This document shows positions 55,045-64,000 of a stretch of DNA of 64,000 nucleotides, piece after piece. The DNA comes from an uncultured virus (IMG/VR IMGVR_UViG_3300005512_000004) (Duplodnaviria > Heunggongvirae > Uroviricota > Caudoviricetes). The position numbers and the translations under genes are program-made. Below the pieces are notes generated by a model. It had not been told where the DNA came from, did no database searches, and saw only the letters and a list, made by a program, of their open reading frames with translations. The number at the start of each line of letters is the position of its first letter. Position 1 is the first letter of the stretch. Location: IMG/VR virus record IMGVR_UViG_3300005512_000004; one strand, given 5' to 3'.

Positions 55045-58000
55045 TGAGCATTCATACACCTAAAGCACAGTTTATCGGCGGCGGCGATGTCGTTTACGTA
55101 GATCGCGCATATGTACAGTCTTACGGTGAGGCGCAGACGGAGTACCCGCAGGAGATCATCAACACCGTACTGACGCTCCGCGTGAGCAACTCCCACACAA
55201 ATAACACCCTCGTAAAGTCGATTATCGTCGATAGCCGCTCGATTACACGTATCCTGTCGGACATCTCACAGATTGTCGACGATCCAAACGCGGGCTCTCC
55301 AAAGCGTCTCGTCGAGGCTAGGATTGACGACTCTCGAATCACAATCACGCTGCTCCACGACGAGTACGACACTTTAGAGATTCTATCGAACACGGAGTCC
55401 GACGCAGCTGACGCGATCAACCTGCTTCAGTTCCACCCAACACCGCACCCAGCGGGGTTCTGTCGCGTTGGGCAGATCCGCATGGGCGGGAGCAATCGCG
55501 GTAATCGCGCGCTGAACACTGGCGCGATGTTGGTGCGTAATGAGGACAGGACAAGCACAAGCATCAACCGCGCGCTCAGTTTGCTGAGCACGAACACCGA
55601 CCAGGCAGAGGTTACTCTTCGAGACGCGCTCCACACAGATGTTGTACGTGAGCTGACGTGCACAACATCCGCAAACGGTATCGCGAATGTCCGCGTAGAG
55701 CCTCTGGCAGGCGGTGAGCTGTTAGGTCGAGCGCTGCTGCCCGCACAGTCGACTTTCATACTTAGCGACATCGCCTCGCGTCAGTCACTCTTTGAGGATC
55801 TGACCAAGTACGCTCTCGTAAATACACCATACATACCCGTCTCCGAGGGACCGGTAGAGCTGATTGTTGGTGAAGAGAAGCTTAACGGTGGTCACGAATT
55901 CGGACTAGCACACGGACGCACATCCCCTGCATTTAAGGCGACGTACACCTACATAGCTTTAACTGAGGAGGCAGCGGTCGCTGCGCGTGCTGCGCTAAGT
56001 CAGCAAGACCCTGCCACGTACTCATCTGCGGGCTTCATCGAGGGCGAAGATTATTGGGGCGCGGCTGACCTCATCGGCACAGTGCACGGCCCTAAGTACA
56101 ACACATTCGACCCAATCGTCTCGGACAACGAGACCCCCGCGCTCGCTCGTGTCATAGACTACTATACGCTACGCTTTGAGGCTCGACTCCCCAACCTGCA
56201 CCTTGTGCGCCCAGGGGACGTTTTAATCTGCCACAGCGGTATCTTCTCTGTTGATTTTGTAGGACATGACCGTAGGACTGTCGGTGTGAAGCCCTTTAGT
56301 GGCTCGCTCGCGCGCTTATTTCACGCAGATGATGCGCAAGTCGCAGCTATCCCACACAAGGAAACACTCACGCTAGACACCACGACGTCTGTCGCGATTA
56401 TTAAGAGCTCGTACGGTGTGCCGGGGGAGTTCTATGGTGTAGGTCGCTCCGGGTATAGCGTTAACGCGAATACCGAATCGAGGCCGTTCCGACTTCGTAC
56501 AAAGGCGCCGAAGTCACACAGTATCTCCCCCACGGACAACACCTTAGCCCACTACACACGTATTCTCCAAGAGGCGCTCGACCCTTACGCAGGCAGTCCT
56601 ACCGAGAGCAGCGTCAAGTCTCTGCGCGCACTCTACGCGACAGGTGGTATGCTTCGCCTGCCGCGTGTCTACGACATTCCTAAGGATGTAGAGAGCCTTG
56701 GCGCGCTCGACATGATGCAAGGCTCGCATAACTTCGGGCCCCTACGTGTAGGCCCGACGTCTCACAGCAGTTTCGTGGACGACCGATCAATCTTCTTAGG
56801 CGTAGGCGGCTCGCCCGACGCACCCAACAGCGAAGTCGTATCTTTTATGCGCGACGTCTACGCTGTCGCCTTAATGTCGCTGGAGACGCTCGAAGAGCGC
56901 AAACTTGTTGGCGAGCGAGTAGACACATTGGCTATCCACGGAGACGTGAGTGTTGCGGAAGACTTGACAAGTCTCTGCACGCGCGCAGGTGTCGGAGCTT
57001 TATATAACTTTACGCGCTTCGCCCTGCGTACTCTTGGCGAGGAAGATAGAGCGCGGACAGTGCAGTTCCTCCGAGCGATCGTTCAGGCGAGCGGACGCTC
57101 CGTGATAGCGCACGGGACGCCCGTACAAGTCGATGTACGAGACGGTATGACAGTTATGACAGGGACGCCCTGGTCGTTTTCTGAAGATGATGTCGGACGC
57201 GTCTTCCTGCTTACCGTAGATTCTACTGTAGTGCGTATACGTCTCCACACATGGACATCTCCTACCTCCGCGCGTTTTATTCCTCTTGAGGCTGATGCGC
57301 TTTCGGCACAGAAAGCTGTACTAGACGGTACGCTTTCCATGACGGTCGGCTACGGTAACATTGGCTATGGAGCATACTCGAACACATCTGTGCCACGTTT
57401 CGCACCTCTATACACCGCGGAATACCCAGAAGATCAGCTCACGACGGGAACCGCGTACAGGTTTACATCACCCGGAGAGACGACGAGCCTCGGAGTACAT
57501 ACGGCGTACTCTACGAGCCTGCGCGCGTATACACGTCTCTTCTCTGATGGAAGCACGCCCTACCTATGTGCGGAGACGTCCGCGTATATTACGCTGTTGG
57601 ACCAGACTCGCGAATGGAGTGGTGAACCCACAGGCGGACTCATAAACAATGTCGCTATCCCTGAGATCGAGGAGCTCACATTCCTGCCCTTTATGCGCTC
57701 AGATGCGCAGGAGATGACAACGACGACGGGAGATCTCCTCAATTACGTGGTTAGGCGGGGAAGTCATCTCGTCTCGTTTGGGATGTACGCAGCTTTTACG
57801 CCGACGCCTCCCGAGGTCGCGGACGCGTCTACAGATACGCTCGTGACAGCACAACAAGCGAGCTTCACACTCCATACCATCACGCGGTTGATTGACGTGG
57901 AAGGCGAGCCCTTACCCCTAAGCCCTGGTTTCACGTATCTCGTCGAGAAACTATACAAGTACGTACGTCCCGACGACGAACGGCTTTACTTTGATAACAT

Positions 58001-61000
58001 CGAGGAGCTCACGGAGGCGTTTGCGCAAAACGTAACGGTACACGTAAGGCGCTGTGCCGGGAAGGTACGCGCAGAGGATGCGCAGATACACCGCAATATG
58101 CATGCACTCGTGTCGCAGGGACAGAGCGTCCCGCTAAACGCAGAGGACTTGCTTGTACACGAGATCTCCACGGCGTCTGTTGAGCTAGGACACGCTCGCC
58201 GTATGAACACGTTTGAGACGTCCAACTACGCACTATATATGTTCCCCGCGGGCGAAGGCGTCAACTTGGTGAGTACGTTTAATGCATCCACTGAAGCACC
58301 GAGTATTGAGCAGCACGTTGCCGTTATCTCGGAGCTCTCTGGAGAGGGCAGGATCCTTGCGTATCGTTCGTGGTTTACGCTCCATACAACTGACACGCAG
58401 GGTGTGTCTTCGCAGCTCTTATTCACCTTCGATACGGTCGGTATGATCGAGAACGCGCAGGATTACTACGCAGACACGCGTAGCGTCCCCGCATCCTACG
58501 GAGAGTACACAGGATTCAGCTCAGAGGGGCCCACGTACGCAAATGTCAAAACTACTCTACTCGAGACGTTGCCTTGCGTTGTAGAGAGTCGAGACTCCAA
58601 CCTTAAGATTATCCACTGCCGCGGGTACGCAGATGACCTACCTTATGCGCCCACAGTACGCATTAGGACTACCGGTCGCGTAGCTCCCGTCTCGAAAGAG
58701 CTCGCGCACACCCTCGCCGCCGCGCTAGGTGAGGGTCAGCGGATTGTATCAAACTTGGTGCCCGCTAATGTCAAGCACCGCTCGGGTGGCGTAGACCGAA
58801 TCTCCTATGACGCCTTCAGCAATACGGGTACTGACGTCGTGATCTATGACGGCTCGCCTGGGTACGAGTCTGGGTACCGAGAAGACGGTATTAAGATCGA
58901 CACCCTCACTCGCGGGTACACCGACGTTATAGGCGCAGGTAACTACGATCTTCGTCGTAAGTCATCTGTGCACGTCGCCGCGGAGGAGACAACAACGGCA
59001 ATGAAGGTGTCTCACCGAGGCATCAACGCGTCTCCCGTAGACGGCGTCGCCGCGCCTGTACTTGATCAAGATCAACGTGTATTCACGCATCTCGCCCACG
59101 CGGGTCTTCTCGTAGAAGCCACGGGGAGAGGTTGGGGGCAGGAGGGGAAAGCCGTTACTTCGGCGCCCACATCTCTCGTAGGGATCGTGGGTGTCACTCG
59201 CAGCTTTACTTTTACAGCAGGCATACCGACAGTCGCTGCTGCGAAGATTGATGTCGGCGGTACGTCTATAGGGCTGTACGTTCCTTGGCAAGGTGCCTCT
59301 CTGGAGACGGAGGCAGAGATCGACCCACCGACGGACTTACAGTACCCGCCATATAACCTAACACGCGGGTTCCGTAACGCATCTATCCTCGTAGAAGGTG
59401 ACGTAGGGCTCCCTAATCTAAGCGCGTCCGGTACCATAGAGTCTCATGACGCGTCTCGTCGAGCGATCGCGGCGTTCGGCAGTACGTCCGTACAAGGTAC
59501 GCTCGAGGTGTACGGAGATCTGTATACGACACGTTTCGCAGGAGATAATCTTCTCTCAGGGAATCGTATCCATAGTGGTATCGTCGGGCACATTAATCCC
59601 GTAGCGGCACCGCGTACGCAGAACAGTCTCTACACTACCGGGCGCATGAGCGATTATTGGGTGGAGATTACAAGCTCCGGGGTCGTCAGTAACTACGCGC
59701 AGGTGATCCGTATGATCGCCGTTGCTGACGACGACTTCAACCTAGTGTTGAACGGTACGCCTCTCTCCAATGAAGGCCCGCCCGTACCAGCGTCAGATAC
59801 GGAAGCCTATAACCGTAACCCGTTTAGCATATCGCAGCAACAGCTAGGCGAGCGTGTCACCTCGCTGCGGTTCAACCTAACAACCAACCCTATAGGGGAC
59901 GTAACCCGCATTGCGACCACAGCGCCAGCCTACCCCGTAGTCCCTACGCTTGTCAGAGATGTAGCAGGTCCCCAAACAGGGTTTGATTACACAATCATGG
60001 GTCTCGGGTACCACGCTACTACTTACGAGCGCTCTAGTCTGATAGGCCCTGCAGTAGAGTATCTACTGCTTGCGTTCTCGCGACCACTCGCACTTTGGGG
60101 CGACGCCTACCTCGGAAGAACTGTCGCCCTACGACTTCGTGCTTCTGGAAGCGAAGGTGCGATAGACAGCTCTGTCCTTACCGGTGTTATCGTTGAGACA
60201 CAAGACTCGCCTCTAACGGGTCTTACGTTTGTGGCTATTGCGCCTACGCCTAATAGGTTCGATACGTGGGAGGAGATCTCTTCTTTTGGAAGCGTTGAGA
60301 ACGTGGCACCGAACTCTTTTAGCGACGTGGTTGATCGATTTTGGCCGTCTGGGCTGATGTACTACGTTGACGAGACGAGAACATGGGAGGAGCACTTCCA
60401 CCAAAACGACGCCATAGGTCTTCGCCCTTCAAACGACCAGCTTTTCCTATCCAACATTGACACTGTACACGTGGACCTGCGCATACAAGGGCGTGAGTGG
60501 GTGCTTAACGCGTCACAGGCGTTCATCTCCGATAAGCTCTTTGTGTGTAATGACGTCGGCGGTACCGCTGAGATCAAACTGTACAGGGATAACACGCTCG
60601 AGATTGAGTCTCCGGGCGACGTTGTCATACGCGGACGGGAAATACACCTAAATGAGACCGACGGTCTCTTCAATAATGGTCGGCGAATCAACACGCCCAA
60701 CACGATCACAGCGCACGGGTATATCAGTATAGCGGCCCCACGCAATCACCCGCTCCCAGAAGACGGCAATGCATCCGCAGTCTATGCCGCTCTTACGCAT
60801 ACGCCCTTCGTCACAGACGCGGGAGAAGCTACGCCCTTCTACTTAAGAGGCGTACCAATTCCCCTAAACGGTATCGGTATGGCAGATACGGGGGCGGCAT
60901 TTGCGGCAGTTACCGTGATCAACTGGCGCGAAGATAACGCAGCACTTATAACTAGCCTAGCCGGACTACAGTTCCGCATCACCGTTACGCGGGGTGCGCA

Positions 61001-63527
61001 GACAACAGGAAGCACGTTCACTTTTATAGACGCGAGCGCAGCAGATAACGTAGCCTCATGGACACTCGCGGCTTCGAACATAGGCCTCGATGTTACCTAT
61101 GCGGATCGAGTATTTACGTTCACCGCACGAGACTCGAATGCCGCGCTCGAGCTCACTAAAGTACTTACAGCTGATGCACTGGCCCTACTGAAATCACCGG
61201 AGATGGAGAGCAGCGGTACGGCAGAGAACGCAGCGACCACGGATAAGATCCCGAAGAGGTTCGTGGTATATCACGCGACACAGCTTATGGGCTGGCTCCA
61301 CTTGATGTTGGCGATCGATGCTCCGCTCGGAGGGGTGGGTCCGCTCGGTACGATAAAAGAATACGCTGACTATATACAAAGCCAAGGACAAATCGCGCTA
61401 GCCTACGCGGGACAGATTTTCTCGCAGCTGCCTGCCATGCTGGAGTACGGTCTAGATCTCGAGTACCAAGACGTGATCGTGGCGTTCGAAGGATGGCATA
61501 TTTTCCCCGAGGCTACACAGGAGTATATGGCGCTCGTCTTCGTAGATACAGGCCACGGCGGACGTCCGGCCGCCACATACGGTATCGTGGTAGATGCAGA
61601 TATGGACCCCACGTTGCTACGTGCGACCACTAGTTATGTAGAGGAGTACGGGCACCGCATATTCGGTGATGGGCCCATACCTTCGCCCTCCGATGCATTC
61701 CCTGATATCAAAGTATACGCGACGCTCTACGGTACACACACAACCAACGATGTCAGCGATCTTTTCTCGAAAGACTTTTTGGACGGGGATGATCAAATGG
61801 TGAGCGTCGTAGAAACGGGAGACCCGCATGTGAACGATTGGCGCCAGTTCTTAACGTTCGATTTCGCGCGCGCCATCAACCTAGCAAATAGCGACGTGGC
61901 GAATGCGACATTCCGTATACCCACGTTCGCGGATAACAAGCTAGGCCCGCATGTGCGCGAGGAGGATATTCGCTGGATCACGAACACGGGGAATGCGGGC
62001 AGCGAAGAACCTGCTCCACAAGTAGACGCCTATATACCTGTAAGTATGCTGGCGCCAAACTCTTGGACGTTTGTGGGAGACGCGACAAGCCCCGACGAGG
62101 TCACGCAGACGCTCACAGAACTAATACAAAGTCTCCGTCTATCGAGTGATGCGGGTGAAATTGTACGAGATCCAGCAGCACGCTCCGTCGGCGTACTTAA
62201 TTTCACGATCGGCGACGATACATATGAACTGCTCGGTGCAGAGATACACACAACAACGCTGCCGAGTGAGGACAGCGCAGAGATATCTGTGGAGCCCGTT
62301 GGGAACGCCTCTTCCGGCCAGTATGGCGACAATCCCTTCCTGTGGGGTCTCGGTATAAGCATCAGGCCGTTTGCGAGGGACACGATACGTGTAGTAGACA
62401 CGGCCGCGTGGTTCGACGTAGCAAGGGCCCACACGACAGCGATGTACGATTTCCTACGTAATATAGGTGGGCCATTTGTGGAGGGCCCGCTTGCATATAG
62501 ACACCTCATAGGCTCTCCGCTTTGGGGGATCATAAACCCTTTCCCGACACAGCACTACAGCACAGCAGACTCTTTCCGCCTAGATAACGTGCCCACGATT
62601 GCGGGCATCTATAGCGGGGTTAGCACCTACTATAACTCGTTCGATCCTGCAATCGGCTACGGGAGTCGAGGAGATGACGAGTACACGGTCAACTACAGCG
62701 GGACCCCGATACAGCCCAATGTTCTTGGCAAATATGTAGCGCCTCCACCCGCACACGCCACAGACACTGCGCAGGATTGGTCGCTTACGCGAGACGGTCT
62801 GTCATACGCTCCTACAAGTGGTATGATGAGTATAGCAGTGACGCCACTATCCCTGGAAAGTTTTTACGTGTTCAGCACCGACGAGCTTAATGTGAAGTTC
62901 GCGTACACGGTACCTAACCGCTACGCAGGGCTACAGCGAGGTATGCCGCCCGCGCTGATTACGTACTCTGCTGGGTTATTTTCGAACGCCGCGGAAATCC
63001 CCCTTGTCCCAGGATACGGGGCTGTCTACCACAGTATGATACGCGGTGCGCCTTTCACAGACGAGATTGGCGTATCCTACCTCTCGCGGGCTACGTACCA
63101 GAGGTTCTTAGAGGACGCGTCAAGCACAGCAGGGCGAGTGCTCGCAGCGAATACAAGTACCGCATGTAGGGCACCGCTTATACAAGGCCTCCACAGAACA
63201 GGGGTCTACCGTCTCGGAGCGGACATGTTCGGTGCGAAGTCTGCAGTATTCAGCACAAGTAAAAACGGCATCCCGCCGCGCTACCTAAACAAAAGCTCGG
63301 ATACTATCATCGACGTCGCCGAGCTTCGAGGACGCATCTCCCCCGAAGCTGTAACAGCGTGGCTGTCTGCCGTAAGACAGACAAGCCTTGACGCCGAGAA
63401 CCCGTATCGGTGCTATATCACACGCTATACCCCAGCAGACGACCCCACGTGGGGTACGGGCTTCTACGGCAACCGCAGCATCGCGATCCCGTTCACCGTC
63501 AAACTTCGGATTGGCGTCAAGCCTTAG
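55044..63527 (+). CDS. giant structural protein (2827 aa), probably fibre/receptor-binding
   Basis: Uninterrupted ORF after the collar-like gene; EDRTSTSINRAL..LS.NTD N-terminal motif; beta-rich. Confidence 0.6.
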   Translation: MSIHTPKAQFIGGGDVVYVDRAYVQSYGEAQTEYPQEIINTVLTLRVSNSHTNNTLVKSIIVDSRSITRILSDISQIVDDPNAGSPKRLVEARIDDSRITITLLHDEYDTLEILSNTESDAADAINLLQFHPTPHPAGFCRVGQIRMGGSNRGNRALNTGAMLVRNEDRTSTSINRALSLLSTNTDQAEVTLRDALHTDVVRELTCTTSANGIANVRVEPLAGGELLGRALLPAQSTFILSDIASRQSLFEDLTKYALVNTPYIPVSEGPVELIVGEEKLNGGHEFGLAHGRTSPAFKATYTYIALTEEAAVAARAALSQQDPATYSSAGFIEGEDYWGAADLIGTVHGPKYNTFDPIVSDNETPALARVIDYYTLRFEARLPNLHLVRPGDVLICHSGIFSVDFVGHDRRTVGVKPFSGSLARLFHADDAQVAAIPHKETLTLDTTTSVAIIKSSYGVPGEFYGVGRSGYSVNANTESRPFRLRTKAPKSHSISPTDNTLAHYTRILQEALDPYAGSPTESSVKSLRALYATGGMLRLPRVYDIPKDVESLGALDMMQGSHNFGPLRVGPTSHSSFVDDRSIFLGVGGSPDAPNSEVVSFMRDVYAVALMSLETLEERKLVGERVDTLAIHGDVSVAEDLTSLCTRAGVGALYNFTRFALRTLGEEDRARTVQFLRAIVQASGRSVIAHGTPVQVDVRDGMTVMTGTPWSFSEDDVGRVFLLTVDSTVVRIRLHTWTSPTSARFIPLEADALSAQKAVLDGTLSMTVGYGNIGYGAYSNTSVPRFAPLYTAEYPEDQLTTGTAYRFTSPGETTSLGVHTAYSTSLRAYTRLFSDGSTPYLCAETSAYITLLDQTREWSGEPTGGLINNVAIPEIEELTFLPFMRSDAQEMTTTTGDLLNYVVRRGSHLVSFGMYAAFTPTPPEVADASTDTLVTAQQASFTLHTITRLIDVEGEPLPLSPGFTYLVEKLYKYVRPDDERLYFDNIEELTEAFAQNVTVHVRRCAGKVRAEDAQIHRNMHALVSQGQSVPLNAEDLLVHEISTASVELGHARRMNTFETSNYALYMFPAGEGVNLVSTFNASTEAPSIEQHVAVISELSGEGRILAYRSWFTLHTTDTQGVSSQLLFTFDTVGMIENAQDYYADTRSVPASYGEYTGFSSEGPTYANVKTTLLETLPCVVESRDSNLKIIHCRGYADDLPYAPTVRIRTTGRVAPVSKELAHTLAAALGEGQRIVSNLVPANVKHRSGGVDRISYDAFSNTGTDVVIYDGSPGYESGYREDGIKIDTLTRGYTDVIGAGNYDLRRKSSVHVAAEETTTAMKVSHRGINASPVDGVAAPVLDQDQRVFTHLAHAGLLVEATGRGWGQEGKAVTSAPTSLVGIVGVTRSFTFTAGIPTVAAAKIDVGGTSIGLYVPWQGASLETEAEIDPPTDLQYPPYNLTRGFRNASILVEGDVGLPNLSASGTIESHDASRRAIAAFGSTSVQGTLEVYGDLYTTRFAGDNLLSGNRIHSGIVGHINPVAAPRTQNSLYTTGRMSDYWVEITSSGVVSNYAQVIRMIAVADDDFNLVLNGTPLSNEGPPVPASDTEAYNRNPFSISQQQLGERVTSLRFNLTTNPIGDVTRIATTAPAYPVVPTLVRDVAGPQTGFDYTIMGLGYHATTYERSSLIGPAVEYLLLAFSRPLALWGDAYLGRTVALRLRASGSEGAIDSSVLTGVIVETQDSPLTGLTFVAIAPTPNRFDTWEEISSFGSVENVAPNSFSDVVDRFWPSGLMYYVDETRTWEEHFHQNDAIGLRPSNDQLFLSNIDTVHVDLRIQGREWVLNASQAFISDKLFVCNDVGGTAEIKLYRDNTLEIESPGDVVIRGREIHLNETDGLFNNGRRINTPNTITAHGYISIAAPRNHPLPEDGNASAVYAALTHTPFVTDAGEATPFYLRGVPIPLNGIGMADTGAAFAAVTVINWREDNAALITSLAGLQFRITVTRGAQTTGSTFTFIDASAADNVASWTLAASNIGLDVTYADRVFTFTARDSNAALELTKVLTADALALLKSPEMESSGTAENAATTDKIPKRFVVYHATQLMGWLHLMLAIDAPLGGVGPLGTIKEYADYIQSQGQIALAYAGQIFSQLPAMLEYGLDLEYQDVIVAFEGWHIFPEATQEYMALVFVDTGHGGRPAATYGIVVDADMDPTLLRATTSYVEEYGHRIFGDGPIPSPSDAFPDIKVYATLYGTHTTNDVSDLFSKDFLDGDDQMVSVVETGDPHVNDWRQFLTFDFARAINLANSDVANATFRIPTFADNKLGPHVREEDIRWITNTGNAGSEEPAPQVDAYIPVSMLAPNSWTFVGDATSPDEVTQTLTELIQSLRLSSDAGEIVRDPAARSVGVLNFTIGDDTYELLGAEIHTTTLPSEDSAEISVEPVGNASSGQYGDNPFLWGLGISIRPFARDTIRVVDTAAWFDVARAHTTAMYDFLRNIGGPFVEGPLAYRHLIGSPLWGIINPFPTQHYSTADSFRLDNVPTIAGIYSGVSTYYNSFDPAIGYGSRGDDEYTVNYSGTPIQPNVLGKYVAPPPAHATDTAQDWSLTRDGLSYAPTSGMMSIAVTPLSLESFYVFSTDELNVKFAYTVPNRYAGLQRGMPPALITYSAGLFSNAAEIPLVPGYGAVYHSMIRGAPFTDEIGVSYLSRATYQRFLEDASSTAGRVLAANTSTACRAPLIQGLHRTGVYRLGADMFGAKSAVFSTSKNGIPPRYLNKSSDTIIDVAELRGRISPEAVTAWLSAVRQTSLDAENPYRCYITRYTPADDPTWGTGFYGNRSIAIPFTVKLRIGVKP

Positions 63528-64000
63528 CTCTCGAAGCAGTCGCTCACTGCGGGCTCGAGGACCATACCGGTGGTCATGAGCTGCTGCTCGAGAGCGATGA
63601 GCGCGCTGCTGAGACGAGCCACGCGGTCTACGAGCTCCTCGTGACGGGTGGCCGCCTCACGCGCCTCTGCCTTAGCCAGCTTGAGCGCGCTCTCGAGAGC
63701 AGCCGTGTGAGCGCTCTGTGACTCCGCGATAGCAGACAGGATGTCGTTGAAGGCGCGATCAAAGTCCACGTTAAGCGCAGGAGCGTGCACAGGAGCAGGA
63801 GCATCCTCTGCGGTCTTAGCCTCATCTGCCGCATCCGCCTCATCCGCCTCAATCTCTGCCTTAGTGCGGCGCTTACGACGCTTCTTAGGTGCCTCCTCGG
63901 GCTCGTCCTGCACGACAACCTCTGCGGGCTCAGCGACATCTGCCCCGTTGGTAGCGGTCTCGTTGCTGATTGTGACAAGCAGGTTGATGAGCGCTGCGCG
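63524..64000 (-). CDS. 3' part of a leftward protein (acidic linker, KKRRKRRTKAEIEA motif, coiled coil)
   Basis: Frame open to the window end; 4-nt convergent overlap. Confidence 0.7.
   Translation of the reverse strand, partial: RAALINLLVTISNETATNGADVAEPAEVVVQDEPEEAPKKRRKRRTKAEIEADEADAADEAKTAEDAPAPVHAPALNVDFDRAFNDILSAIAESQSAHTAALESALKLAKAEAREAATRHEELVDRVARLSSALIALEQQLMTTGMVLEPAVSDCFES

Noticed and set aside
19665..63721. Many 60-270 aa antisense or alternate-frame ORFs in the structural region
   Set aside because: Shadows of GC-rich, Thr/Ala/Ser-rich sense genes; no RBS, promoter motif or recognisable domains.
1..64000. Stop-codon reassignment
   Set aside because: The standard code gives dense, tightly coupled ORFs, and TAG, TGA and TAA all end genes at sensible junctions.
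1..64000. Apparent abundance of GAGCTC/CTCGAG palindromes
   Set aside because: Explainable by Glu-Leu/Leu-Glu codon pairs; cannot be supported without a Markov-model count.

Overview
This window is a 64 kb piece of a large tailed (myovirus-like, probably jumbo) phage genome read in the standard genetic code. The host is unknown; the Cys-rich secreted transglycosylases weakly suggest a Myxococcota/delta-proteobacterial host. Bases 1-19.6 kb interleave two gene sets. Leftward accessory/metabolic genes include class II RNR, two SLT-like muramidases, a DUF932-like protein and tRNA-Ile2(CAU). Rightward genes encode probable virion-internal proteins, dCMP deaminase, a GIY-YIG nuclease, a frameshifting tail-assembly chaperone pair, GroES and an RHH regulator. 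Bases 19.6-63.5 kb are a tightly packed rightward tail/baseplate/fibre region with a sigma factor and a lysis-like membrane cassette embedded in it. Three linked sequence patterns stand out. (1) About 11 copies of a fixed-spacing leftward promoter-like motif (nnCAAA..N14..TGTGATAA) resemble sigma28-class promoters. (2) A covarying hairpin with a GANYY pentaloop lies in 8 leftward 5' leaders. (3) A recurring 'F-x-x-E-L-x-K-x-A' / K-x-[AS] tag occurs in nine rightward proteins, including the sigma factor. Together they suggest, as an untested inference, a capsid-targeting/processing tag that loads cargo (HNH nuclease, papain-like hydrolase, glycine-zipper proteins and a sigma factor) into the virion, with the injected sigma starting transcription from the phage's own promoters. 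All family assignments come from motif recognition by eye; no searches were run.
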